Notes under the pieces: generated by a model | The model's input: the letters and a program-made list of their open reading frames with translations, nothing else | The model's database searches: none | Told to the model about the DNA's origin: nothing | Position numbers and translations under genes: made by a program | Part shown: one piece after another, positions 1-12,974 of the stretch | How positions within the stretch are numbered: the stretch's first letter is position 1 | How the letters are laid out: each line of letters starts with the position of its first letter | Source: Hydrolagus colliei | Lineage: Eukaryota | Assembly: GCA_035084275.1 (NCBI GenBank) | Contig: CM068759.1 | Location: 3,410,001 to 3,474,000, forward strand | DNA: 64,000 bases | Direction of reading: 5' to 3'

Positions 1-93
1 AGGAAACTTGGCCGAGGTTTTAGCCCCTCGGGAATCAAACCCAGGTTTCTCACTTGTAAAGCGAGTGGTCTAACCACTGAGCTACAGGACTCC
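1..93 (-). mobile_element. tRNA-derived SINE (family A), 5' head, cut by window edge
   Basis: Reverse strand reads GGAGTCCTG-TAGCTCAGTGGTTAGA (A box)...GGTTTGATTCC (B box); same head as copies at 30418, 47005 and 53908. Confidence 0.85.
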
Positions 94-1158
94 AATTAGC
101 TGACATCAATTAGCTCTTTAGTTTAGGTAATCATAGTTCGATATCTATTGCCTGTGGAATTTCACCAGTCTTACCCAAAGTGACTGTGCCAAAAATCAAG
201 GTCACTGTGACCCTCAAAGCCACAGCTCGATTCCAGTCGCAAAGGACATCTTCGCAAGATCTATTGTTGTTTGACACCATTGCTTCCTTTGCCAGCACCA
301 AACCCGCTTTAAAAACACTCCTCCATTAATCCTGGGCCTGGAAACTCAGGCTCTTTAGATCATTTACTTCAGATATGGTCTTCTCCTGAGATTCCTTCAA
401 TTTGTCCTCATCCTCCTTGGAACAGTGATGGCAACGACGATAAGAACAAGTGCCATGTTGCTGTCCTGTTGATGACAGCTTTGAGTTTGAATTATAGCTA
501 CTGTGTGCGCAGGTCACTTAAGTATTCAGAAACTGCAATGTGCCTACATTTAATTGGATCCACCACAGCTCTGGAAACCTGCTGCTGAGATTTCGAACTC
601 TGTTAGAAACTGGGAGCCTCTGTCCGTGGCATAGAATAGTTTTGTCGTGGCCAAGTTTTATTGTGCCATCAGCAAAAATGGCCCAGAGTTGGAGATTAAC
701 TTTGATTGTCAAGTCAGTTACCATTCATTGGTAACCGAAGTCTATAAAGCTGCAACTTGACAGTGTTACACTTGCACGCTTGCAGATCTGAACTAATATG
801 TTTCCTTCTCTATAGGTTAACTGAACATCTGATCTAAAGATACGCAGCAAAAATTAAAGTGGTGGAACAACATTTTGTTATCTGAAATAAATTTAGCTGA
901 TGCCTTCTCAGTAGAATGGGATTCCTAAAGGAGAAAGCGCCAGGATAGTCTCACAGCAAACTCCACCTTATCTGCTCCCTTTGTTTGCGGCTGCTCTCCT
1001 TGGCCAATCAAATTTGCAAATCACCCCTTCCTTTACCTACTTTGGTCTTTTGTCCCTGATATTTTTAACGCTCATGTCTCCCCCTTTGCCAGTTGCTATA
1101 ACCCTCGTCACTCTCGTCATTATCCCACTTTGTCCACTCACACCCTTTTGTGCTTATT

Positions 1159-1262
1159 ATCTGAAACAAAAACAGAAGTTGCTGGGGAAACTCAGCAGGT
1201 TAGGCAGCATCCATGGAGAGAGGAAAAAGAGTCAACGTTTAGGGTCTCCAACCACTTTCTTG
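1159..1262 (-). mobile_element. Penelope-like terminal repeat fragment (shark-type)
   Basis: Reverse strand AAACGTTGACTC...GATGCTGCCTAACCTGCTGAGTTTCCCCAGCAACTTCTGTTTTTGTTTCAGAT matches the recalled chondrichthyan repeat end; related to the arms at 30031-30258. Confidence 0.6.
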
Positions 1263-2525
1263 TCTATTTTATACCAGGGGCCGCCTGCAATTGCATTGGT
1301 GAATCTCAAACACTGTTGACCTGCTGATCAACTCTGTGTTAAAACAGTATGGATCAGTCTCTTCACTGCCAATAATGCCAAGTGGGACTGGATTGATAGC
1401 AATCTAGTCATAAACTATACAGTACGTATTTGAAGCTGCAACTCACAATATTAAGCTTGTACATTTGTAGCTCTGAACTACATTTTCTGTCCTACATTTA
1501 CAACGCATAATAGATTCAATTTGATCATTGTAGTATGTCAAATTTGTTATGAAACGTCGCACATAACCTCTCCTCCCTGCCCCTCCCCCACCATATTGTA
1601 AGAAAATATTGCTGGTATTCTTCATTTTTAGCCTTTAAACCGAAAATGATCAGTGCTGAGATTGAGAGAGAGATATAGAGAAATACATACTCAGGAGAGA
1701 CTTACAAGATTGAAAACTCATCAAGTTTCCGATCATGGCATTGTCTTGAGTAACTGATGAATCTCATCCAGAGCACTTTAGGAATCAGTTCTGAACCTTT
1801 CACTTCAAATCCTTCTCATCAACAAAGCTCTGTGCCATTACACAGCAAACGCGGTTTCTCTCGCAACAATTAACATTTCAACGGAGTCGCTAAGTCTCGC
1901 AGCCGTGCTCAATGAGAGTAGTAACACTCCATTTGTGATGTTCGTAATGCAGGTTTACATGAACCAATTTCCAGTAGATTAGAGGAAAATTTCACAGTCA
2001 ATATACCTGATGGATAGAGTTGTGCACCACTGGGAGTAAATGACAAGGCCAGAATTTAATTGAAGGGTTTACCTGATGCCATCTCAATCCCAAGATTACA
2101 CAGCAGCTTTGTATTCAGTCTCCATCATCCACAATTGTTATGCTACATTCCGCAGACTCAGCACAATGAAATTGGTGCTAAAGACAGCTAAAAGAACTAA
2201 ACTTGCAGACTGGTGCTGAATAACATGATCACATGATTGAAAGAAAATCGTGATTCGATCTTCTCTCTCAGTTTTAAACAGTATTACAAGGGAAATTGGC
2301 GCCTGCTATGATGTATGTTTTAATATGTAACATTATTCCAATAGTTTGGCTCTGTAGCTTTCAGGCATTACATAATTACAATCACTATGCAAATATCTTC
2401 CCTTGACTTTAGTGTTGGTTGAGTGTAGGTTTAACTTAATGTTAAAACCTACCTCTACCTAACTGTGCTTGTGGTCACCCCATCCCCCTCACTCTCTCTC
2501 CTCTATCCAGTTTGGTGTCCGAATT

Positions 2526-2588
2526 AAAGTGCTCTGAGACACCATTCCAAGTGAAGGGCACTATCTAAAAATGAGTCGTTGTTGTTGC
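2526..2588 (+). mobile_element. Short L2-type 3' tail
   Basis: AAAGTGCTCTGAGAC...GTGAAGGGCACTAT...(GTT)n end. Confidence 0.55.
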
Positions 2589-3078
2589 TAGTAAAGCTTA
2601 AGTAGAATTAAAAAAGGATTGGAATTATTTGTTCACAAAAAGTAGCCACTTAGTACCTGTAGTTACACCAAGAATTCACTCTTGAAACCAGCAGAGCTGT
2701 GTCTCTGTTAGCCGTTGAGGCACAATAATATTCTGCATTTTGCAAGTGGTTTGAAACACACAACAATGGGTTTCTAATTCTTGGCTCGGTTCCCAAACGT
2801 TGTCTCTCTATCACTGGAATATCCCCTTAAAATCAAACCACATCTGTGTTTGCATGATTCATAGTCTGAGCACAGTGTTTCTGTCAGTGTGAAAAAAAAG
2901 TGATTTAATGATAAATCATATCACTGGTTTCTATAATCTTTTCTGGGTTTCTACCAGGTCTAAGCGAGGAGGGGAGAAAATATATATTAAGAGTGTGTAG
3001 GATTTGCTATATAATGTGCAGTGTTTACTAATTCAGTAATTGAAGTCACATTAGTCAATTCATATCCAATAGCACGTT

Positions 3079-3369
3079 TAATGATAATAATCCTTGCATT
3101 TGACGTCTCAAAACGTCTTCTAGACATCTTTTTTGCTTCACAGAATGTACTGAAAAGTGAATTGACAATGCAAACCACAGCAGCCATTGCACATAGCAGT
3201 GTCCCACAAACAGCCGTGGATTGAGTGATCAAAGCATTTTTTTTGCTCTGGAGTTATTACAATCCGGCGTGTGAACTAAGGAAATCTTCTCAAGGTTTCA
3301 CCCACCCTGCCAGGAATCAAACCCAGGTCTCTCGCTTGTGAGGAGAGTGCTCTAACAACCGCTGAGCTA
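3079..3369 (-). mobile_element. SINE family A, near full length (short form)
   Basis: tRNA head at 3300-3369, Deu-like core (rev. TTTGTGGGACACTGCTATGTGCAATGGCTGC), L2 tail ending CAAATGCAAGGATTATTAT. Confidence 0.85.
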
Positions 3370-4256
3370 ACTTTATGTCGTCGTTGAATAATTTTAATTT
3401 GGCTTCACAATTTTCTTTTAAAATAACTTTGTCCTAATTAATTTGATCTATCACCATTGCGCCCTTTGGTTGACAGACATCAAGGCTTGTGCTTTAGTAG
3501 TGCGTGAGAGATAATCCCTCCCAGCTCCAGACAGTCAATTCTCATTCCTCAGGGCAAGCCACCGTCCAGATCTCAGCAGAGATGTGAATCTTGATTCCAA
3601 CACTTCGGCACCATAGCTACGAGGCAAATGAGGTGCCAAGTATCCATTATACAATTAAATTAACAATCTCTCATGAGAAGCCAAAAATATCTTAGCAGCT
3701 TGCCATTCTGACAATTCTCTGCTCACTGAACCATGCAGTTGGATATATCAAAGTAGGCCTATTTTAACTGCTCCACCTTTGTGGAAGTTCACAATTGCAC
3801 TGTATATATATCTAATATATATAATTTTTTTCCGTGACGAGGGTTTTAAAAAAAAGGCAGCTGAATACATTCATAGAATTCAAAGCATCAATCAACAATA
3901 TTGCACAAATTCAGACATCTGGATTACGTTTCATCTTCCTTCTTCTCCCCGTTCTGTCTCAGCATTTCATCAAAGAAATTAGGTTTTGCTGTATTTCCTG
4001 TACAGTTCATGTGCTGCAGCATGTTTATTTATACCTTTTGCAGGCTTAAGAACTAAAGTTTTTTGTTAGCACCCACAATTCAGCAAGCCCTCACAAGGGG
4101 GAAATTTGTGGAGGTGAATGAGGTGAGTTTCAGTGACTTTAACTAATTCATTTTGGGGAGGTACGCACAGTGTAAACCCAACTTTTAGATCACCCCACAA
4201 ATCTGTCCAACTCGCTGGTATGGGCAAATTTCCCATTCTTTGGTATTTGCACTTTA

Positions 4257-4315
4257 CAACAACATCTCACATCTACATAGCGCCCTCCACACCGGACGCA
4301 TTTCAGAGCACTTCG
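4257..4315 (-). mobile_element. Short L2-type 3' tail
   Basis: Reverse: AAGTGCTCTGAAATGCG...GAGGGCGCTATGTAGATG...GTTGTTG. Confidence 0.5.
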
Positions 4316-4784
4316 AATTACATTATGGTACAGCACAATGTAACACCGTAATATAATGTGAACGTATTAGAATGTGATGATCGATGAGCAGTTTTTGTCC
4401 AAAGCCATTCGCACAGCGCTTTGTGCGCTTGCGATCAACAGTAAATCACAGTGACTGAAGTCGACCAGAGCTGCATTATTGTAACGATTGGAGCACTGCC
4501 AGTGCCAATGGATCTTACACTGGCATGAATTGTCTCCTCGAGAAGATAGGAGGTAAAGGGAACGACTGGTTCGGGTTTGAAATTGCTGATTTTTCACCCT
4601 TGCCGAATACTTAAGTGTTTATAGGCACAGGTAGTAACAGTACATCTGAAATCATGGCTCCAAAGGTGATATATCAATACAAAATGATGTCATTGTGTTG
4701 TTTCTTGAAGTGCTAATGCATGGAGACATGTGAGGATGATGTCAGTGAACGGAAAGTGTACGTACAGCAGTGGGCCAATGTTTC

Positions 4785-4855
4785 CAGCACCTTGGGACGT
4801 CCTCCTGACATGAAAGGCCCTATACAAGTGTAATTTTGTTTTTGTTCTTGTTCTT
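4785..4855 (+). mobile_element. Short L2-type 3' tail
   Basis: CACCTTGGGACGTCCTCCTGACATGAAAGGCCCTATACAAGTGTAATTTTGTT; near-identical to 39886-39950. Confidence 0.75.
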
Positions 4856-7728
4856 GGTAAATTCAGGATGTTCAGGATGGTAAATTATTACTCGACTAGA
4901 TGTTAATCATCTACACAGCTCCTCTCCAACCCTGAGAACTGAAAGTATCTATCGCCAACACCAACTTCTTTGAAAGTGGAAAGATCAATGCAAAACAAAG
5001 TGCTACTTTTCTTCATCTTTTGGATGAGAAAAATGAATAATACACTGTTTCCATCCAGTCTTATCTCAGTTGGTATGTTGTATGCCAAATGAAAAAATAT
5101 CTCCTGTTGGAGATGTGACAACCTTTCTTTGTCAACCATGGAATGTTTTCCTCTCTTCACCACCCCACCCCCACCCCCCACCCCCCCGCCACACACACAT
5201 ATGAATTGATGGATACCCAGTTTCACATGAACGACAGTGACAATACCTTAACTATTGTGAATTATCAGACAGATGAGTGAGAAGAACATTCTGTGGCAAG
5301 AAGTGGACATTCACAGTAGCAGCCAAGGACTGCAGAACACAGTACAACTCTAATCCAATTCCCACTAAGTTAATATCCTTCCATCCACTGTCATTTATAG
5401 GCGAGGAGCTCATCAGCCATGTATAGTTTTGACCTCTTCCAGGTTTGAAATTGATGACAGAGTATGTAATGATCATCTGCACTTCATCTCAATATCTCCA
5501 GAACCACCGCATAGAAACCACTTAAACTTTACAAGGATTCGCGTAAATATTATTATGGCCTTTTTTATTTAGGGAGTAAAATTAATCTAAATTATTAGCT
5601 ACGCAGAAAAAAAGTGTAATATAGAATCATTATTTCCCAATAAAAAAAAATAATTTTCTCTGAATTAAACCCTGGTGAACTATATATAGTTACAGCATCT
5701 GATGAATTGTGGATCATTCAGATCACTGATACATGCCAGGAAAATTGTTAATCAGAGCCTTTATGATTACCAAATGTACCGATTATTATTATAGTTGAAG
5801 TAGCCAAAAAGGGTTATCTTAAAAAAGCATCTCAACAAAAATTCTCTCTGTAGGTGAGGAGAAGTAGATTACATATTACACTGTAGTTCTTGCATTCTGA
5901 ATAAAAAAGAAATACTAAAACATATATTTATAGCGAAAAATATATAACCATTCCATATACTGTACATATATACTGTATATATATAACTAAACCAAACGCA
6001 TGACTACACTGTTCTAATCGCAGTGTTAACGTAAAGATAATGTTCCGGTAGTGATTGCACAAATAGCACATTAAAAGTGAAATTTCAGAAACTTGCAGTT
6101 CTTACAAGTTTGCTGTCGTAGATTAATAGCTAGACCGACAATACTGAGCTGGCAAAATAAAGGAAGATGTGCAGACAAGGGGTGACAACTGAGGTTACGC
6201 ACTCATCAGAAATCCAATATAGATTAATCCGAGTGCAAAATAAATTTACTTGCTTTCACATTAAGCTTGTGTCTGCTGTGGAATTGGCGAGCCGCAGCAT
6301 CCTGCAATTTCTGACAGACTGAGAAGCAACTCCAACCTGTCGGCATCAGTCGCTGCCTGGGTCCAGAAAAATCTCCGTCCCTACGCCAATATTTTACTAT
6401 CTCTATGGCCTGACGCGAGAAGCACGAAGGCCAAGTTTTAAAAGCTTCGAACACAGAAATAACTGAGCCCGAATATATTTCAGCCTTGATCCAAAGCTGG
6501 CAGGGAAAAAATACAAGTAAACAGCGTACGCAGAAGATGTATCAATCGCTTTGGTGGGCAATGCTTTCAGAATTTGGGGTGGATGCCAGATATCTCTAAA
6601 TTGACTACCATGAAAAATGTTTGAATCGGTTCCCAAGTGAAGTAGACAAACCCCCCTTCTGTTATTCCCTGCTCTACTATTAGATTCATGTAGTTGGGGT
6701 GACATAGCAGATCCTCCCGAAATCTGCCAGCTGATCAAGAGATGGTCCAGGGGAAAAAGAGTGAAATTTTGTAACATATATTACCATTAAAATATGAACA
6801 ATAATCATAATACAATAGAGCTCTTACAGAGATCATGCCACTGGTTTATTTCCATACTTGTAAAATATTGGCACTTCATCGAAAACAGATCAATACACTG
6901 TATTCCAGTTATAAATCCCTGACATTTTCCACAGTAAGCCAGACTGGAAATTTGCCACTGTTTCCTTCCCGTCAAAGCGCATTTTAATCTCGGCAGATAA
7001 ATGGATTACAGCAAATGGATATATTCGGTTCCCCAAAGGAAAATGAGTTTCCTGATAAATTTCCTTTCATGTTCATGTTTCATTCTCACTGTTATAATGT
7101 GCAGGACCTAAAACATAATAAATGAATATGAGGTTGTGTAACTTGTCGTCTGATATCAATGTCAAACACACAAGGATTATTTTTATTAAAGCAATTGCCC
7201 CCTCTGAGTACCAAGCTATGCAGTTTTTGTAATTTATGCCACCACACCATGTTTCTTTCTGTGAAAGAAATTAATATTAAATGTACGAGTATTGCAACTC
7301 CTTGTTGCAAGCGAGAAATACAGTGTATATCGTGTTTATGAGTTTTGTGTTAACTGCCACTGATGGCTTCAGTACCAAGTCCTTTCCTTTTTCCACACTC
7401 AAAACAAACGGTTGTTCAATCCGACCGTGTGTGGTCTGAACAAAATTCTCGGGGAAAAAAACACACACAATATTGACTATTTATCAAGAATGTAATCATC
7501 AGGGGAAAAACACAGCACTTGATGCAATAATTATCACATCATATACAGAATTGTGTTTCCTCCCTCCCTCCTTTCCCCTCGCAATACAAAGCCAAGAATA
7601 CATTTGCAAGTACTGTAGACTAATTTGTCTAGTTCCATGTTACACATTCAGCTGCAGTTTGGTGGGTTGGAGCCAGTTTGGTCTAAACTCACTAAACTGA
7701 TGAAAAATGTGAAGTTAGGCCAATTCAA

Positions 7729-7769
7729 TGTGGGTGGGGGGGGGGGGGGGGGCGGTGGGGGAGGTGGGC
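7729..7769 (+). repeat. Poly-G / G-rich tract (G-quadruplex capable)
   Basis: About 17 consecutive G plus flanking GGG runs. Confidence 0.85.
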
Positions 7770-8487
7770 TGGAGAAAAAATAAAACGCAGATACAAAACA
7801 TTTCATTATTCCAGCTTTCTTATAGGACCTACCCACAACTGTCATCAATTTTTACAAACGTTAAAGATTGTGGATGGGGTAATGATGGGAGAGGAGGTGA
7901 AGGAATACTTTGGACAGACAGATTCGTTAAGTTCATCACACGTTTATGCGTTCCAAGCATTATCGCACCTACATTATACTCGCGCATAAAATTCAAGCCT
8001 TTCCTTTTAAAACATTACATCTTTGAGGCAAGAGCAGCGAAGGAAAAAAAAACTATTCTCAGTGCTCTTGTAAAACATAAAGATGACAGTTGCAGATGGA
8101 GTCGAGGTAAAGCAGAAATGCTCTCAAAAAAAACTATTAGTGTTTGCGCTTGCTCTACTGGGACTATATAGAAACAAGGACAGAAACAAAGAACTAATGC
8201 ATACGAGAATAACCTTTCATGGACAAAGACTTGCCTTGTGGGACCAAGGCAAGTCTTTGTCCAAATTGAAATATTAGGAGGCTTTGAAAAATCAACTGTA
8301 CCTAAAATAACTTACACATCCATTAACAACCTGAAATTCTGGATGTCTCATTCAATTTCCCCAGCACTATTTCTGTTGGGGGGGCGGGGGTGGAAGGCAT
8401 TTGCTTTTTGAATTCAGCTGTGAAAGCAGTTTGGAATTGTACACAACAAAGGTGAGATATTCAAGAGAAAAATCACCCAAATATAAT

Positions 8488-8665
8488 TGGGCATTCACTT
8501 CATGGCTATTTGTGGGACATTCCTATCATCAAAGTGGATGTTGCATGTGCCTACAGGGTACCCATTCATTATGCTTTACAATATACATCCTGTAAACGTT
8601 TTGAGACATCCTCCTGAAGTGAAAGGCCCTACAACAACAACAACATGCATTTACATAGCGCCACC
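8488..8665 (+). mobile_element. DeuSINE 3' fragment joined tail-to-tail with an opposite-strand L2 tail
   Basis: CTATTTGTGGGACA...GTAAACGTTTTGAGACATCCTCCTGAAGTGAAAGGCCCTA, then (CAA)n and TGCATTTACATAGCGCC in reverse orientation. Confidence 0.55.
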
Positions 8666-11261
8666 CAGGCAGTGTAGAATCCCATATCAGATGTAAGGAT
8701 TAATATTACTAATAATGTTAAAGAAACACAAATGGGTGTTGCATGAGTCATATCAACAAATGTGCTTTAGTATTGTAGCGCTGGGATTCTCTTGTAAATA
8801 TTAAGCAGTATTTTCCTAAATATTTTTTGCGCTGTGTGAATGTATCTTTATGAGCATACACATGTCCTTCAACAATGCTCGGAACGTTAAGCTCTATTTT
8901 TACAAAGAGCAGCTGTGAGATCAAGAAAATTGTCTCAAATTAATAACACCGCCATTCTATTTCTCTCAGCTAAACTTGCAACGCCAAACCGTCAAAAGTA
9001 ACTAGGCTGAAGGCATTTTGGTCACCACAAATATTGACTACCTGCAGATGGTACATGCTACATTGATACACAAAGCATTAAATGTGTCGTTGGAAAAGAC
9101 AAGCACATGGTGGATAACAAAGTTTTCTTAAGATCCTTTGAATTCTAAAAGCCCTTCAGTGCTGTAGTGGTGTATGACATAGCCCAGGATCACAGGGTTT
9201 CCCAAAAATGGGCTGAGATTTGCAACATTTTGCTCCTTTGTTTGTCTCCCCCCACCCCCATGCCGCAGCATTACAAGATTATCAGAAAAAAAACTGTTTG
9301 AATAAAAAGAGGAACGACTTCTGCATGTGAAATAATCAACAGGAAATAGAGAGGAAAGAGCTTTATTCCGCTCATACACTTTAAAGATTTGCTTAAACCA
9401 AGATGAAAAAAAATCAAATACCTTTTTAAAGCTTGCCAGACTTTCATCTCATAGCATTCCAAGCTTCTTGTTCATATTTTCCCTTCAACTTCATTCCCTA
9501 CTGAATTCAAAGAGTAATTTCGAGATAGTAACTTAATTAAAGGGTTTACATGATGGTTAAAATCATCTCGCACATTTGCTCTCGTAGTTTATGAAGCAAT
9601 GTGAATGGCTCAATTAGATTTCTGCGTTACAATCAATCACAGGTATCCATTTATTGCCAATTTAATTTACAATTATTGTTTATTTTTATGAATAAAGTGA
9701 TACACAAATCATCTCTTGCATCGACTAGTCACCAACTCTTCCACAACTAAATGCCACCTTGAGCCAATATTTTCAGAAGCAATGTGTCTCATAACACTGC
9801 AGTACAAACACAACATTGATTTTGACTTTGCTCTGCTCAAGGGTGAACTTATAAGGGACCAAATTTCAATGTTATTAAAAAGCTAGTTACACCTCAGTCG
9901 CTTCTGAAGGGTCCTTTGTAGCCATGGGATATTGAATATGCATTTTATAGATGCTTAAATTTTTATTTTTGGTAGCCCTCAAAGCAGCATTTACAAAGTC
10001 GTTAAAATCCTCCAGTATTATTTAATGTTTAGGCCCAATACCGTCTTCAACCGTGCCTTGGGTCTCTCATTGCTTAGCAATCGGCAACCATTGTAATTAG
10101 GAATCAGAACTCTGGTTGATTCTATCTCTAGAAGCACAAAAGAAAATGTTAATGTTTCAATTGCTGGTAAACCCCTGAATTGAATCAACCTTCTGCTCTG
10201 CGTGACTTCGGTTCGTGAACTTGGCATTTGGGGGCAGGACCACAAAGACCTTCAGACCACATTTCCGACCAATATGAACTGCATTTTTCTAAGGACCAGG
10301 TCGAGGAGTTGGCGGTAGAGAGGGAAAGGGGATTGATGGACAAGCGAAATGTTAACAGGAGCTGCTCCATCAACACCAGCTCTGTGAGGAAGCTCCTATT
10401 ACAACACTAATTGCTATTATCAAATATTTAAAGTATTATTGATTTCTAAAGGGGAACCAAACCCCAGCAGTGAAGTTATGCCTTTCGCTGACATTACTCA
10501 ATTTCATTTCCATTTTATTAACTGCGATTGTTACGCAGTTATTCTTTTGGACAGAGCGCCACATGTTCATTTACTTAGCCAGCCACCTGGCTAGCAATGT
10601 CTTTTCTGCTAATAATTATAGGTGAGCAATTAAATTGAGAGCCCACAGCTCCTGGGAAGCATCTAACCCCCTCCCCAATGGCAAACCATTTAATTACCGA
10701 AATAAGAACCATCATGCAGGGAGCATCTGTCAAACACGAATTGTGAATCCACAGTGATATGATTTACCCATAATCCGCCACAGATAAAAAAATTGTTTTG
10801 ATAACCCTGGTGAACCTAAAAATAGGCAACTGCAGGCAGCTCGACGCAGAGGATTCTGCAACTGTAAACTAACACAGCAGAGTAAAAATTAAATCAAAAG
10901 AACGCCTTCCACATTGAATTAGCCCATTGAAGCCACTTAGTAAACGCCTATGAAACTCCTCTGAAATAATTTTCACAAATAAGTGCTGAAAGATGAAACG
11001 CTTTGGATATTTCTGAGCAACAGACAGCGTAAGCTTCTCTGAAAATAGAGTTTGGAAAACAAAACCCTTCATTGAATGGTGTCTAGGGGAAAGAGAGTTA
11101 ATTAAGTGGATTACTAAAGAAAACAGTTTACATCAGAGAATGCTATAACAGGTGATGTGGGAGGAGAAGAAGTGGAGAAGGTACAATGGAAGCTGTGTGA
11201 CAGTCTGCCCAAAGCAGCAATGCAATGCTGATATTATACTGGTACTCATTGCATTTGAGGA

Positions 11262-11635
11262 CTTTGATGTTAAACTATTGATCCAATCGTTACATTATCC
11301 CTTCACAGTCTTGCACTACTCCAACCTCCGCGATCTCCTTGAACCCTACTGACATGGCTGCTACATTCGCTCGGTGAGCACCGGCCTGTTTTGTGCCTTC
11401 ACCCGATCCGTCCCATCATCTGTGGGCTTTTTATCCACTTTGCCCCTGCTTTCTGGAAATCCATCCTGGTGTCTCTCCATTTGGCTGGCTCCCTCCATTC
11501 TCCCGAAACGGACATCTTTGACCACGCTTTTGGTCATCTTTCCCATCCCCCACCTCCAGCTCAGTTGCCCGTTTGGCACCGTCAAGTGAGGTGATGCTTA
11601 TTCCCAAGGTGCTGTATAAATGTAAAAAATGTATT
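11262..11635 (+). mobile_element. L2 LINE 3' end (degenerate ORF2 C-terminus and 3' UTR)
   Basis: Translation pieces DVKLLI, LRDLLEPY, FAPAFWKSI and IFDHAF match the L2 ORF2 C-terminal pattern; tail AAGGTGCTGTATAAATG. Confidence 0.7.
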
Positions 11636-12974
11636 CTAATAGTGATTCAACACATTTGAATTGTTCACTACAACGTCGGAAGGTCTTATTAGACACTCAA
11701 GATCACTTCTTTTAGCCTTGTTTTAGGAGATCGTAGTCAGTCGTTACTCTATAGAATTGAAATTTGTGTCTAAAGTAAATCAATGAAAGTAAAACCGTAG
11801 AACTATTAAGTTCAGATGATGTTGATAGGTTGTCTGTTGAGAACTCAAACATGGAGGAGATGAGTGGAAATCACTGTCTCATACACTAATGGTAAAAGAA
11901 CTTGACTTTTAAATCCTTTCAAAGTGAGCATGTGTTGATAAATTAAGAAGAATGTTCGGAAGATCACAAGATTATTTTGGATGATGAAAAGCTTCAGGTG
12001 TACTTGATCTCATCCCTCCGGAACACCCACTCTAACTTGCCCCCAGCACTGCAAGCAAAAAGAACAAAGTTACTGAGGCGATAATAGGGCATGTGGCATG
12101 GTTTTGATTGCTGTCGAAGAGAGGGGCAAATGAGAGACAAGAAACAGAATGACGAGTGGGCGAGAGATCCGGATCAAGAAGAGACCAAGATATGAAGAGA
12201 ATAAAACCTTGAGGTACGCGAGGAGCGAGATCAAGGAATTACAGTGAGTGACTTAAAATAAACATCACTGCCAGAGAGACAGGTGATATGTTCGGAGAAC
12301 CAGAGCCCTCCTTCGAAACAACCAGACGTACATGGAATACAACAGGAATTTTACTTGAAACAGCGCCTTTTGGCCTTAATAGGAAAATGGGGTTAAAATA
12401 AGGTGAGGAGTGCTTTGGAACTGTTGCTATTTGAACTCTGGCCCTGCGACACGGGCATCCTGCTTGCTTGCAGGAGCTGATATTTACTGCAGGCTTGGGG
12501 GTACACAGAAGTCAGTGGGTGAATACTTAACATCCAGCCCACTAAATGTGCGCAGGTTGGAAATGTTGTACAACATATTTTCAGGTGCGGAGTTATTAAG
12601 GGATAGTTCTACTTTATCTTACATTTCAACCGGAGCTGGGTACAGTGAACGCCGAGCAGCAGATGAGGATAAAACACATCCTGTAATGCTTTCACCATGA
12701 ATGTAGCTGTTGTTCTACACAGTTTGTTCTTCTTTATGCCTGTTGACGGAAAGTAGGTGCCTTCCTTCAAAGTCATTTTTATCTATCGCATTTCCTGTTC
12801 CATCAGACCCAAATTGAAAATAGGTTGATTCCTTTGATAAGCCTATTCCTCACACTGACCCTCGCAGAGGAATTTCCAGTCAATATCCTTTGTAGGCACC
12901 ACCATCACCAAAAGCTACTGTTATTTTGCCCATTGGGTATCACTGGTTTCACTGCTCAATATCAAGTACTGAAC

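Noticed and set aside
534-550. 17 bp exact match TGCAATGTGCCTACATT, also at 58485-58501
   Set aside because: One such match is plausible by chance in 64 kb of AT-rich DNA, and the flanks do not extend
326-724. Adjacent minus-strand ORFs (63 and 68 aa) with a charged stretch KEDEDKLKESQEK
   Set aside because: No recognisable domain or splice structure; separated by a stop codon
981-1319. 112 aa hydrophobic ORF resembling a membrane protein
   Set aside because: Arises from a pyrimidine-rich tract plus a repeat arm; non-ATG start
7648-8171. Poly-Pro and poly-Gly ORFs
   Set aside because: Produced by the poly-G tract
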